Shown: piece after piece, positions 19,030-37,295 of the stretch
How positions within the stretch are numbered: position 1 is the stretch's first letter
How the letters are laid out: each line of letters starts with the position of its first letter
Assembly (NCBI RefSeq): GCF_030144855.1
Contig: NC_082707.1
Coordinates: forward strand, 116,312,001-116,376,000
Origin: Hypanus sabinus
Lineage: Eukaryota
DNA length: 64,000 bases
Reading direction: 5' to 3'
Notes under the pieces: model-generated
Seen by the model: the letters and a program-made list of their open reading frames with translations, nothing else
Told to the model about the DNA's origin: nothing
Database searches by the model: none
Made by a program: the position numbers and the translations under genes

Positions 19030-20512
19030 CAAACAGCATTCACTGCGCGAGAATAGATATTATGGTGCCGGTAACCAACATGAACTCAAGAAGTGCAGCT
19101 ATGGTCTGTGCAAAGTCATCAAGGCAGCAAAACAACAATACAGACTCAACTTTCCACCAAAAAACATATGCATCTTATGGCAAGATCTGCACTCCGTCGC
19201 ATACTTCAAGGTTAAAGGCAGTGGAGTCTCTAACTTCGATACCTCTCTCCCAGACAAGCTAAATTCTTTTTTCCTCAATTCAATGTTGCCAATACTGAGC
19301 CCCTGAGGAGACCTGCAAATGATGCAACAGGTAGCTTGGTCATCTCTGAGGCCGAAGTACACAGGTGTTTCCAATGGGTGTACAGTCGCAAGGATGCAGG
19401 ACTGGACGGCATCCCAGGGCGAGTACAAGGATATGCGCGGCACAACTGGCAGGTGTGTTTACAGACATTTTTTAATTTCTCCCTCTTCCAGTTTAGAGTG
19501 TCCTGCTGCTTGAAATCATCCACCATTGTCCTAATACCTAAAAAAGACTACAGTAACATGTCTGAACGACTAGCGTCCTGTCGCAATCACATCAATGATA
19601 AGCAAATGCTTCGACAGGCTGGTCAAGGACCACATCTGCAGCTTGCTACCACCTACACTTGGCCCCTACAATTCTCCTGCCGACACAACTAATCGACAGA
19701 TGACACAATATCCACAGCTCATCACAAGTCCTTACACATCTTGAGAAGAGGGAATTATTATGTGAGAATGCTGTTCTTTGACTACAGTTCAGCAGTCAAC
19801 CCCATAATTCCCTTCAGGCTCAGAGACCTCAGCCTTGACCTTGCCTTGGGTAGCTAGATCTTGGACTTGCTGTCAGATTGCCTGCAGGTGATAAGAGTGG
19901 GCTCCCTCGCTACTGCCCCTCTGAACGTCAACACAGGGGCTCATCAGGGCTGTGTCCTAAGCCCCCTCCTTTACTCTCTGTACACCCTTGACTGTGTTAC
20001 CGCCCATAGCTCCAATCCACTAATTAAATTTGCTGACGACACTGATTGGCCTAATCTCGAATATAATGAGGCAGTCTACAGAGAGGAAGTCATCACCCTG
20101 GTGTCAAGAAAACAACCTCTCCCTCAACATCGCAAGAACGAAGAAGCTGGTTGTGGACTGCAGGAGGAATGGAGACAGGCTAACCCTTATTGACATCAAT
20201 GGATATGAGGTTGAGAGGGTGAACAGATTTAGGTTCCTCAGCAAAAACTTCACCGAGGATCTCACATGGTCTGTACATATTGGCTGTGTGGTGAAAAAGG
20301 CACAACACCACCTCTTTCACCTCAGACGGTGGAAGAAGTTTGGTATGGCCCACCAAATTCTAAAAACTTTCTATAGAGCCACGATTGGAAGCATCCTGTC
20401 TGGCTGCATCACTGCATGGTATGGAAACTGTACCGGTGTGTAAAAAGGGCCCAAAGGATCATTGGGGACTTGAGTCACCCCAACCACAAACTGTTTCAGC
20501 TGCTACCATACG
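19030..20512 (+). mobile_element. Rex1/Babar LINE RT, degenerate
   Basis: RKDAGLDGIPGRV, TGAHQGCVLSPLLYSLYT, KFADDT, VKKAQHHLFHLRR, SILSGCITAWYGNC; frameshifted. Confidence 0.9.
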
Positions 20513-23153
20513 GGAATATCCTGGTGAGTAGGTTTGCTAAGGCTACTGGGGAGAGTTTAAACTAGAAATGTTGGGGGGTGGGAACTGAAATGAAGAGATT
20601 GGGGAAGAGGTGGTTGGCTCACAAACAGAGAATGTTTGGAGACAGTGTGTGAGGGAGGATAGGCAGGTGATAGAGAAGGGACGTGCTCAGATAGATGGTT
20701 TGAGATGTGTCTATTTTAATGCAAGGAGTATTGTGAACAAAGCGGATGAGCTTAAAGCATGAATCAGTACTTGGAGCTATGAAGTGGTGGCCATTACAGA
20801 TACTTGGATGGCTTAGGAACAGGAATGGTTACTTCAAGTGCTGGGGTTTAGATGTTTCAGAAAGGACAGGGATGGAGGCAAAAGAGGTGGGGGCGTGCAC
20901 TGTTGATAAGAGATAGTGTCATGGCTGCAGAGAAAGTGGACATCATGGACAGATTGTTTACAGAGTGTCTGTGGGTGGAGGTTAGAAACAGGAAGGGGTC
21001 AATAACTTTACTGGGTGTTTTTTATAAGCCACCCAATAGTAACAGGGATATCAAGGAGCAGATTGGGAAACAGATCCTGGAAAGGTGTAACAAGAACAGA
21101 GTTATTGTGATGGGTGATTTTAATTTCCCAAATATTGATTGGCACCTCCATAGAGCAAGGGGTTTAGATGGAGTGGAGTTTGTTAGATGTGTTCAGGAAG
21201 GTTTCTTGACATAATACGTAGATAGGCCTAGAAGAGGAAAGACTGTATATAATTTGGTATTGGGAAATGAATCTGGTCAGGTGTCAGATCTCTCAGTGGG
21301 AGAGCATTTTGGAGATAGTGTTCATAATTCTATCTCCTTTACAACAACATTGGAGAGAGATAGGAACAGAAAAGTTAGAAAAGCGTTTAATTGGAGTAAG
21401 GGGTATTATGAGACTACCATGCAGGAAATTGGAAGCTTAATTTGGGAACAGATGTTCTCAGGGAGAACAGAAGAAATGTAGCAAATGTTCAGGGGATATT
21501 TGAGTGGAGTTCTGCATTATACTTTCCAATAAGACAGGGAAGTTATGGTAGAGTACAGGAACCGTGGTGTACAAAGGCTGTAATAAATCTGGTCAAGAAG
21601 AAAAGAAAAGCTTACAAAAGGTTCAGAGAGCTAGGTAATGTTAGAGATCTAGAAGTTTATAAGGCTAACAGGAAGGAGCTTAAAAAGGAAATTAGGAGAC
21701 CCAGAAGGGGCCATCAGAAGGCCTTGGTGGGCAGGATTCAGAAAAACCCCAAGGCATTCTACAAGTATGTGAAGAGCAAGAGGATAAGAAGTGGAAGAAT
21801 ACGACCTATCAAGTGTGACAGTGGGAAAGTGTGTATGGAACCGGAGGAAATAGCAGAGGTACTTGATGAATACCTCAGTATTCACGATGGAAAATGGGTT
21901 TGGTGATTGTAGTGATGACTTGCAGCAGACTGAAAAGCTTGAGCATGTAAATATTAAGAAAGAGGATGTGCTGGAACTTTTGGAAAGCATCAAGTTGGAT
22001 AAGTCACCGGGACCAGATGAGAAGTACCTCAGGCTACTGTGGGAGGTGAGGGAGCAGATTGCTGAGCCTCTGGCGATGATCTTTGCATCATCAATGGATC
22101 TGGGAGAGGTTCTGGAGGATTGGAGGGTTGTGGATGTTGTTCCTTTATTCAAGAAAGGGAGTAGAGATAGACCAAGTAATTATAGACCAGTGAGTCTTAC
22201 TTCAGTGACTGGTAAGTTGATGGAGAAGACCCTGAGAGGCAGGAATTATGAACATTTGGAGAGGTATAATATGATTAAGAATAGTCAGCATGGCTTTATC
22301 AAAGGCAGGTTGTGCCTTACGAGCCTGAATGAATTTTTTGAGGATGTGACTAAACACATTGATGAAGGTAGAGCAGTAGATGTAGTGTATGTAGATTTCA
22401 GCAATGCATTTGATAAGGTACCCCATCGAAGGCTTATTGAGAAGTAAGGAGGCATGGGATCTCAGGGAACCTTGCTTTGTGGATCCAGAACTGGCTTGCC
22501 TACAGAAGGCAAAGAGTGGTTGTAGACGGGTCATATTCTGCATGGAGGTCAGTCTCCAGTGGTGTGCCTCAGGGATCTGTTCTGGGACCCTTACTCTTTG
22601 TGATTTTTATAAATGACCTGGATGAAAAAGTGGAGGGATGGGTTAGTAAGTTTGCTGATGACACAAAGGTTGGGGGTGTTGTGGGTAGTGTGGAGGGCTG
22701 TCACAGGTTACAGTGGGACATTTATAGAATGCAAAACTGGGCTGAGAAGTGGCAGATGGAGTCCAACCCAGATAAGTGTGAAGTGGTTCATTTTGGTAAA
22801 TATGATGGCAGAATATAGTATTAATGATAAGAGGCTTGGCAGTGTGGAAGATCAGAGGGATCTTGGGGTTCGAGACCATAGGACACTTAAAGCAGCTGTG
22901 CAGGTTGATTTTGTGGTTAAGAAAGCATATGGTAGATTGGCCTTCATTAATTGTGGAATTGAATTTAGGAGCCGAGAGGTAATGTTTCAGCTATATAGGA
23001 CCCTGGCTGGCCTCCACTTGGAGTACTGTGCTCAGTTCTGGTTGCCTCACTACAGGAAGGATGTAAAAACCACAGAAAGGGTACAGAGGAGATTTACAAG
23101 GATGTTGCCTGGATTGGGGAGCATGCCTTATGAAAACAGGTTGAGTGAACTTC
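20513..23153 (+). mobile_element. CR1 LINE ORF2 (endonuclease plus RT), 3'-truncated
   Basis: Endonuclease motifs (VFYKPPN, MGDFNFPNIDW); RT motifs ([32 protein letters not shown]); frameshifts. Confidence 0.95.
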
Positions 23154-24345
23154 TTGTTTCATGAATCGTGTAGCAAAGTGAAGATATTGAAGACATTTTA
23201 AAGACAATGAGGTCCGGTAAACAACGCAATCAAATTGACTCGTTTGTTCAAGGATACTGAACTTTGCAAAATTAACGTTAATTGAATACTACTGTGTAGC
23301 CTAATGTTTACCAGTTCGTTTTCATAAATAATTACAAAGTAGACAAAATCTACTTGAATAAAATGATAAACATGTTTTGATTTGCATACTGTTTCAATGT
23401 ATCGAAATCCATTTCGTTTACACTTCGTTCCATAACACAGAAACAATATAGTCCTTTTGTGTTTCTCAGATCGTGAGATATACGTCATTGTTCTCTGGGC
23501 CCGGTCTCATCTCATTTATTATTCTACCATCTCTTTAACTAGTAATAATAGACATACTTTTTTTTATTGCCGATATCTAAGGCGATACCTTAGATTACCC
23601 TAGGTATTGATCTATCCATGGTCTTGATATCTTAGCATCCCCAAAGAAACACGCAAACTTTAGTCGTCAATGGAAAATTACATTGGATCCATTTAAAAAT
23701 ATGTGGGGAAACACCGTGAACAGCAGCGTTCAAGACGACGAATTGTAAAGTTATCAATGTTAGACTTGGCATTTTCAAGTATATACATATTTTCTACATG
23801 GCGAAAGGCTTAAAACCCTTGAGGAGCGGGCCAATTGGAGGTGCCAAGCGCAGAAATCATTAAAAGTTGGCCCATAGGTACAAAAGGTTATTGGAAATTT
23901 GACTACATTTCAGGGAAGGTATAATTTACATTGCGGCCACATAAAGCTTTAGACTTTTGCATTTTGTTTCTTACTTCGTGGCATTTGAGAATTATTTTGT
24001 TTACGACTGATTATTTATGAGAATAAAATCCAAGTACATAAACGATTGATATGATAGAGATGGTTTGAGAAATAAGAAATTGCAATGTTTAGCATTCCTT
24101 TCTATTGAGTCATGCTTGGCTGAATGTTTAACAGTTTTTCCACACAAACTGGGTAAAATTGGGAATTGGCATTCGTAAACGGAAATCTAATGAGTGCTTA
24201 CGCATTTGTGAAACATTTTAATACGTCGTTAGAATTCGGAACTGGATACATATGCGGAGCTCTTAACTGGTTTCTCAAACTCAGATCCTAGCCTGCGACT
24301 ATTGTTTCACAAGGTCGACAAAGAGGGAAGAAAGGGGTAAAATTC

Positions 24346-28098
<3,753 letters not shown>

Positions 28099-29349
28099 AA
28101 GATGTAACTGGAATATCATTGTCACTCGCCTCATATCATGTAGTTCATATGTAGACAACGCATAAATTTACACTAATATCTTAAACATAATGCAGTAGTT
28201 AAAGCCTTTACTGCAGTTGTTGTAACAAGTTGCTGTACCTCTGTGACATAAATGGAACCTAATTATTAGAAATTTTGATCTACTGTTTGCAAAGCGTAGT
28301 TAAGTTAGACGCCCGTGCTTGCCAGTAATGGGGAAGACGCGCGGGATTTATCATTTAGTTCAGTTCTCCAGTCTAACTCTTTGTATTCGATGTTAGGATG
28401 CTTCGTGTCTTACACGCACTAAGATAAACACGCATAAAAAGGAAACTTAAACTACTGATTGGAGCTTGGAAGAATGAAAGGTGATGTTATTGAAACACAT
28501 AACATTCATAGGAGGTGAAACGATCAATAGAGAGAGGGTGGATCTCATGGGAGGTCCAGGCCGGAGGGCATAGTCTCAGAATATGATGCCACTTATTTCA
28601 GACTGCGAGAGAAAGAGTTCCTTATTTGAGAGGATTGTGGAACTGTGCCAGAGAGCTGTGGGAGCAGAGTCCTTGAATTTATGCGGTAGGCTTCCAAGCA
28701 GCAACCATCTCAAGCTATGGGGCTATTTGTCAGTTAGAGCATCTGTATTTTATTGCCAATTGTTGGCAATGGTTCCCGCACTTCAAAGTTACTGCTGAAA
28801 ACATTGGGTAAAATATCCTTGAACCTTTAATGCGAAAGTTAAAAATGTTACCGTGAAGTCCAATACTGCAGATAGAAAGCATCTGAGGATAACCAACATC
28901 ACTCAATGAGTGCGGATACTTTGGCTTTAGAGAAGAACGTTCAGTCGAGTTACAGAGAAACACGACGAATCCTTTCCTATTGTTGCAATACGTTGATTGC
29001 GCAAACGAAAGGGCTTTTAAGTAAATTTTATGCACCAGATTAAAACTCATTTTGTTACAGTAATTTTGGTGTACACGTCTTTCGTGAGAATTAAGCAAAA
29101 ACCATATCTCAGTTCTTGCGAAAATCATTGCATCTGATGCCCGATCCTAGTGCTCTTTGTCAGGATCGCTCACACTAACACATCCCCCTTTTTTTCCACC
29201 GTCGAAGCTCAAATCCAACATTGCTCACGTTCACCAACAGTAGGAAGGGAGTGCGTGTGGTAGGCGAGACGCAGCCACAGGAGATAAACTCAATCAAGAG
29301 TTATGAAGTACATTCAAGAAGATACTTCTTACCGTATTCATGCCTTCAT

Positions 29350-30140
29350 GCCTTGACCAGTCAACAATCAGCCTCTGCCTCTGCCTAAGTATACATAAAG
29401 ACTTGTCCTCCCCGACTGTTGTGGCAATGAATTCCACAGATTCACCACTTGCCAGCTTAAATAAAATTCCTTCTCATCGCCGTTGTGAAAGGACGCCCCT
29501 CTATTCTGAGGCTGTGTCCTCTGGTCTTAGACTCTCCCATCACAGGAAACATCCTCTCCACATCCACTCTATTTAGGCTTTTCACCATTCGACAGGTTTC
29601 AATTAGATCACCTGTCATTCTTCTGAATTGGAGTGAATACAGGCCCAGAATTATCAAATGTTCTTCATATGACAAGCCGTTCATTTTCATGAACGTCCTT
29701 TGAACACTCTCCAGTTTCAGAATGCCCTTTCTAAGATAAGAGGCCCAACTTGCTCACAATACTCCAAGTGAAGTCTCACCAGTGTTTTATAAAGTGTCAA
29801 TATTAGATCTTTGCTTTTATATTCCAGTCCTTTTGAAATGAATGCTAACACCGCCTTTGCCTTCCTCACCGCTGACTCAACATGCAAATTAACCTTTAGG
29901 GAATCCTGCACAAGGACTCCCATCTCCCATTGCGCTTCAGTATTTTGTATCTTCTTTCCATTTAGAAAATAGTCTACCCATTAATTTCTTCGAGCAAAGT
30001 GCATGACCACACACTTTCCGACACTGTACTCCATCTACCATTTCTTTGCCCATTCTCCTAATCCGTCTAAGTCCTGTAGCCTCTCTACTTCCTCAATGCA
30101 ATCCGGCCCTCCACCCATCTTCATATTGTCTGCAAACATA
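29350..30140 (-). mobile_element. CR1 LINE 3' fragment
   Basis: LYKTLVRLHLEYCEQ, GLYSLQFRRMTGDLIET. Confidence 0.85.
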
Positions 30141-30825
30141 TAGAGTGGGAAAGCAGGATCACATTTCAGCAGTAGACGGTCATCCATGATCATACGTATC
30201 CCGTTTCCTTGTTTCTACGCTTCCTTGTTTGTAATTTTTGAAGGTGACCTGGTCGTTATAAGAGGGCGGCTCAACTGGTGTGGAAATAATATTTCAAAAA
30301 TCCGACTTTGAAGTTGTATGTTGCATGACACGCATTAAACTGATCGCTGTTAGCACGAACTGCTGGTAACGTGATGCATCATTTTACCGCGCTTTGGAAA
30401 GTTTACTAAGTTTTGTCAAGGTTCCGGTATGTCTGAGTATGGCAATGATGATCATTCCTGCGTGCAACAGGAATATCTTCTGTTCAGCAGCAATTACCCG
30501 TCGCCTCTCCCCTCCAATTATCGTATTATTCCGCGAGAAACATTCAGACTCGGAGATCTCAACATATATCTTGCGTTTCTCGCGTTCTTTCCGTCCAGTG
30601 TTGTCCACTACATCGGTGGAAGGATAGAAACGTTGTTAATGTATTTCATTTTCCTGACGATAAATGAACATCCGATAACATCAAAATTCTCATCCAAAGC
30701 TAATTTCGACCGTTTGTTCTCCTTTGGAATGTCCAGCACAGTGTCCGTCCAGAACTGTCCCTTGAGAAGTTATTGGTGAGTCGCATAGCTGCTCATAGCA
30801 CAAAGCGGTAACACTTCCATCAAAA

Positions 30826-31660
30826 GCAACACACACACAAAATGCTGGAGGAACCCGGCAGACCAGGCAGCATCTATGAAAAATAGTAAACAGTCGACGT
30901 TTCGGATCGAGTCGCTTCGTCACTGGAAAGGAAGGGGAGAAATCAGTGTAAGAAGGTGGGGGAGGGGAGGAATAAGTACAAGGTGGCAGGCGATAGGTGA
31001 AACCGGGAAAGGGAGTCAAGTAAAGACCTAGGAAGTTGATTAGTGGAAGAGATAAAGGGCTGGAGAAAGGGGGGGGGGGGATCTGATAGGAGTGAGTAGA
31101 CCATGGAAGAAAGGGAAGGAAGAGGAGCATGGGGTGGTGGGGGGGGGGGTGATGGCAGGAAAGGAGATAAAGTGTGAGAGGAAAACAGGAATGGGGAATG
31201 GTGAAGGAGAACGGGGGCAATTACCAGAAGTTTCAGAAATCGCTGGTCATGCCATCAGATTGGAGGCTACCCAGACCGTGCTGCCCTTTCAGCCCGAGTG
31301 TGGCCAGATCAGGGCGGTAGTGGAGAGCATGGACTGACATTTTGGAATAGGAATGGGAAGTGGAATTGAAATAGGCGGCTACAGTGGAATCCCGATTTTT
31401 ACGGCGGATGAAGCGTAGGTGCTTGCCAAAGCAGTCTCCCAATCCACGGCGGGTCTCACAGATATACAGGAGGCCACACGAGAAGCACTGGATACAGTAA
31501 ATAGCCACAACAGATTCGCAGGTGACTGCTTGAGCCCTTGAATGGCAGTGAGGGAGGAGGCGCAGTGGCAGGTGTGGCTCTTGTTCCGCTTGCAAGTATA
31601 AGAACCAGGGGAGAGATCAGTGGGGAGGGCCGAATGGACAAGGGAATCACGTAGGAAGTG
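30826..31660 (-). mobile_element. Penelope-like element (GIY-YIG endonuclease remnant plus terminal repeat)
   Basis: TCESVVAIYCIQCFSCGLLYICETRRGLGDCF...HL is GIY-YIG-like; terminus gaaacgtcgac...gatgctgcctg. Confidence 0.85.
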
Positions 31661-31989
31661 ATACTTTCTTCAGTCGTTTTCTACATGACCACATGATCAT
31701 GAACTTTCGACTCGGTCCCACGATTTACCAGTAAAACGCAGTGAGAAGAATGTTATTGCCCACTCTTGTTGTCTGTCTATCACTCTGTAGGTGTGCTGAT
31801 TGTCACCTACCCACACCCTTCCTCTCGATTCCAGCAAACTACTTTCCCGGACCATTCTTCAATTCTCATCGCGTTTTCTATGCCCGTCTGGCTCATCACC
31901 GCCGCTTCTCTGCTTTTCCACGGAATGGGTACTCATCATCTCTAAATCTGCTTTTGGAACAAATCAGTGCAAAATCACAAGGTGCAAAA

Positions 31990-34040
31990 TCAGTTCATCC
32001 CCCAGAGAAGGAAGGATTCAAAGGGGGAAAGGGGCCACAGTGGTTGACAAAGGAAGTCAGAGATTGCATAGCATTAAAAAAAAAGGAAATATGATAGAGC
32101 TAAGGTGAGTGGGAGGACAGATGAATGGGAAATTTTTAAGGAACTTAACTAAAAAGACAATACGGGGAGAAAAAAATGAGGTACGAACACAAGCTAGCCA
32201 GGAATATAAAGGAAGATAGCAAAAGCTTTTTTAGGTATGTGAAAAGAAAGAAGATAGTTAAGAACAATGCTGAGCCCTTGAAGAATGAATTGGGTGAAAT
32301 TATTATGGGAAACAGAGAAATGGCAGAAGAATTTAATAAGTACTTTAGATCTGTTTTCACTAAGGAAGACACAAGCAATCTCCCAGATGTATGGATGGGC
32401 CAAGGACATAGGGTAACAGAGGAAATAAAACAGATTGACATTAGGAAGGAAACGATGATGAGAAGACTGTTGGGACTGAAGGCTGACAAATCCCCAGGTC
32501 CAGATGGTCTGCACCCTAGGGTACTAAAGGAGGTGGCCCTGGAAATTGCGGATGCATTGGTAATCATTTTCCAATGTTCCTTAGATTCAGGATCAGTTCC
32601 TGAGGATTGGAGAATGGCTAATGTTATCCCACTTTTTAAAAAAGGAGGGAGGGAGAAAACAGAGAACTATCGACCTGTCGGCCTGACATCGGTGGTGGGG
32701 AAGATGCTAGAGTCCATTATTAAAGATGAAATAGTGGCATCTAGATAGCAGTGATAGGATTGGGCTGAGCCAGCATGGATTTACCAAGGGTAAATCATGC
32801 TTTACTAATCTGTTGGAGTTTTTCGAGGATGTAACCAGGAAGTGAGACGGAGGATATCCAGTGGATGTAGTGTACCTCGATTTTCAGAAGGCATTTGATA
32901 AGGTGCCACATAGGAGATTGGTGGGTAAAATCAAAGCTCATGGCATTGGGGGGAAGATATTGACATGGATAGAAAACTGGTTGGCAGATAGAAAGCAAAG
33001 GGTAGCGGTGAATGGGTGTTTCTCGGAATGGCAGGTGGTGACTAGTGGGGTGCCACAGGGCTCGGTATTGGGACCACAGCTGTTTACCATTTACGTTAAC
33101 GATTTGGATGAAGGCATAAAAAATAACATCAGCAAATTTGCTGATGATACTAAGCTGGGTGGCAGTGTGACATGTGATGAGGATGTTAGGAGAATTCAGG
33201 GTGACTTGGATAGGCTGGATGAGTGGGCAGATACTTGGCAGATGAAGTTTAATGTGAACAAGTGTGAGGTTATCCACTTTGGGAGTAAGAACAGGAAGGC
33301 AGATTATTATCTGAACGGTGTAGAGTTGGGTAAGGGAGAAATACGAAGAGATCTCGGAGTCCTTGTTCATCAGTCACTGAAGGTGAATGAGCAAGTGCAG
33401 CAGGCAGTGAAGAAGGCTAATGGAATGTTGGCCTTTATTACAAAGGGAATTGACTACAAGAGCAAGGAAATCCTCTTGCATTTGTACAGAGTCCTGGTGA
33501 GACCACACATGGAGTATTGTGTACAGTTTTGGTCTCCAGGGTTAAGGAAGGACATCCTGGCTGTAGAGGAAGCGCAGCGTAGATTCACGAGGTTAATTCC
33601 TGGGATGTCTGGACTGTCTTACGCATAAAGGTTAGAGAGACTGGGCTTGTACACGCTGGAATTAAGGAGATTGAGAGGGGATCTGATTGAAACATAAGAT
33701 TATTAAGGGATTGGACAAGATAGAGGCAGGAAATATATTCCAGATGCTGGAAGAGTCCAGTACCAGAGGGCATGGTTTGAGAATAAGGGGTAGGTCATTT
33801 AGGACAGAGTTAAGGAAAAACTTCTCCCAGAGAGTTGTGGGGGTCTGGAATGCACTGCCTTGGAAGGTAGTGGAGGCCCATTCTCTGGATGCTTTCAAGA
33901 AGGAGCTAGATAGGTATCTTATGGATAGGGGAATCAAGGGATATGGGGACAAGGCAGGAACAGGGTATTGATAGTAATTGATCAGCCATGATCTCAAAAT
34001 GGCGTTGCAGGCTCGAAGGGCCGAATGGTCTACTTCTGCA
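31990..34040 (+). mobile_element. Young CR1 LINE (RT plus 3' tail)
   Basis: ORFs 32176..32748 and 32861..33628 carry complete RT motifs; ctattgtctactgtct tail. Confidence 0.95.
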
Positions 34041-35519
34041 ACTATTGTCTACTGTCTATTTTCAGTTCGCTCAGCCAGGTGGTATTCCGCTTTAGTGATT
34101 TAGCTGTACCTGATTTATTTTTCTACACACGAGTTTCCATAAGTTAGTCAGCAACCAGCCATCTATTCCAAAGGAATAGAATACACCTTTATCTCGGTGC
34201 ATATCAATAATGCTTCCTTTCCAGAAAAAGCTAATGTAAGCTTGCTTCAATATATTTTAAACAATTCGACTCTGTTTTCTTCATGTCTACCCTTGGTTTG
34301 ATGGACGGTACGAAACTGAAAACTGGTGCCTCCTCCAAACCGTGAGGCCACAATTACCAGAACACTGAATATCATTCTGCTGACATTTGGCATACAGTGC
34401 TGTGCAGGACGGTGACCGACTTAGGGGATCTCTCTTGTGTGTCACCAATACACAAATCAGGTACAAGTTAAGAACTACTTGATAAATTAGCTGCGAAGTT
34501 TATACCAATGGTAATTTATCCGGACAGTTTACTGGATGTAATTTATCCCATTCTCAGGCATCAAACAATCGTGTTGCACCCCCACTCTGTATCTCTGCTT
34601 ACTGACGATGAACCTCTCCTCTTACCGTCACTAAAAATATCATGTTTTGCATGTTTTGATGTGAATCTGAGCACCCAGATGGGTGCAAGAATGTCGTAAT
34701 GTTATCTGAGGAGGAATCGGACCAGCGGGATTCCGATTACACAAAATAAATGGAATGTGGCAATTGTTTTACGTTCTCCAGTCGCTGTGGTACATGATGG
34801 AGGCAACCGCCCTCGTTTACTATCTCATTTACCAAACAGTGCACATGGGAAAATTATTATTTCTTTCACCTTTGATTAATGGCACGTTCAGCCTAGAATT
34901 CACTGTCTAATTTACTCATTCTGTTTTGGTGGAGTTAACCATATGCTTAGAAAAAGCGGTAAATCTTTGGAATTCTCTACCCTGGAAGGTTGTAGAAGTT
35001 GAAGGTAGTTGAACGACGAAGTACAGTAGTCCATTTTCGAAAGATCGGGCAATTAAAGGCTCTGGGGGAAACGACATGGAAAGGAGATGGGGCCTGGGCT
35101 AGATCAGTAATGATACTGAATGGGCTTGAGGTGCCGACGGCCCCACCCTGGGCCTATTTGCTTATGATTAAGTTCTGGGGAAAACCAGTATTTGTCCTCG
35201 CCACAAGTTTACAGCTCATTCCGCTGGTTTCTTCCACGACACAGAGAGAATCGAGTCTCTGTTTACATACCGGAAGTCGGATATTCACCAGGCACTCAAT
35301 GGCCCGGAGAACTCGGACTGGGACGGTTAGTATTGAAAGGCACAATGATTCCCACAGTTGTGGCATTTACTGGATGCTGTGATTTATTTTCAACTCAAAG
35401 ACAGGGCAGAGAGACCCCACTGAACCTACTCGTCGCAGGCAGGCTTTGCATGTGTTAGCCCCTGCAGAGGATTGGTTTTGGAAGCAACCTTACCCACTGT
35501 AAATACCGAGCTCCGAGCC

Positions 35520-35822
35520 TCCCCTCTGTGGCACAGTTAAAGATGAATGATTAGATTTATTTCTCTCACACACGTTGAAGCACACAGTGAAGTGTCTCGT
35601 TTGCATCCACAACCAGTATAGTCCGAAGACGTGCTGAGGCAGCTGGCATGCGTCACCTTGCTTCCGGCGCCAACACAACTAACCCGGGCCTCTGTGGGTT
35701 GTGGGAGGAAACCGGAGCATCCGGAGGAAACACACATGCACACAGTGAGCATGTAGAACTTCATACAGACAGAGGCTCAAATAGTCACACCACCCCAACA
35801 CTGGCACTGCCGCCATGCTACC
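35520..35822 (-). mobile_element. V-SINE (HE1-type)
   Basis: tgtgggaggaaaccggagcatccggaggaaacacac is the reverse complement of the V-domain core. Confidence 0.75.
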
Positions 35823-37295
35823 GTGCCATTCTAGGAGGGATTGCCGACTCTGATCTCTTCTCTCTCCGAATCGAACTTGCGGCGTACCAGATTTACAATA
35901 TTCAAAATGATCACAAGAAAAGCAGTCATGACGGCCATTCGCCATTTGACTGTGTGAGCCCCCATTGACTCAGGCAGCAGCACGCCGCGCAGCTCTGTTA
36001 TTATCTCCGCCAGTGAGCAACTCGCTGATGGTGTAGACCTGCAGTGCCTTTAGTTCTTAATGCACAGCAGGATCTTGCAAGCATTTTGAACAACGTTTAA
36101 GTAGAACGGTGGCACCTTTTGTTGATCCCGTAGAAGTCTGCCAGAGGTCTGGCGGGGATTCTCGCCGGCAACTGGAACGCTAGACACAGACTCTACTTGG
36201 CCAGTGTAATATATTGTGTGAGTATTCGTAGGTCAGAGTGCGTATGACGCCAGGACGTAGGTAAGAAAAATGGAAGTCTGTTGAATAAACGCGGTTGTTC
36301 AATCTACAGCGGTGTCCGAGTCACGTCAATACTACAGCCAGGAGACTGTTGCTTAACACGCTTGATACATTCGTTCTTTCACTAGTATCAGCTCTTAGTG
36401 CTCCAACAGTTCGTAACAGGGCCAAGGACTTTACAGTCAGTGTTCATTACACATACGTAATTGGAACGAAAATAGACGACATAAGATGCGTGGGAGATAA
36501 CCTCGGTGTTCAAACGTAACATGTCCTAGAGCCAGAACATGTTTCGTGTAGAAAGCAGTACTTAGTGATCTTAACGTGAAAGAATGCCTTTGTCTCCCCC
36601 ACAGATTATGGGCAGAACAAGCAAGGAGGATATGCATCAACGTGACAGTTTATTTCTCGTAAACATCAACCAACATAACAGATCATAAATTTAATCTTCT
36701 TGATTATCTTGAAACCCAGATTGAAAAGGAAATGGCTGATATGGGGGACACAAAGCTTGAAAGCACGTACCACCAGGCGGTTTGCATCCAGCAGCTAAAA
36801 TACTATGAACGCCCCCACATACAATAAGATAAGACACCTGTCCTCACAATCGACCTCGTCATGGCCTTGCACCACATTTGCTGCCTGCACTGCACTTACA
36901 TTCTACAACTCTTCTTTCTGCATTCTGTTGTTGCTTTTCCTTATGCTACCTCACTGCTCTGATGTAATACAATGATCTGGGTGGATGGCATGCAAAACAG
37001 GTTTTCACTTCACCTCGGTACATGCGACAATAATAAACCGATCTACAAATTTGCCAATTTCTAGGTTCAGTCTCCTAGATTTTTGACGAGAAATTACACT
37101 GCTATCATTTCATTTGATGACGAGGAAGACATTATTCAGTGGAATTAGATTAATTTACTTTTGTTTGTAGATTTACGATATCTTCGCCTCGGAGCTTCGC
37201 GCAGCCCTTGCGATGAAGCGAACCTGTCGATTATGGCGTGTCCAAAATCACCTACCAGTATCATGAAAATTCATCATTCTTCCCGATTAAAGAAA

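Noticed and set aside
32176-33628. Active autonomous CR1
   Set aside because: 5'-truncated with no endonuclease, frameshifted near 32740 and carrying premature stops.
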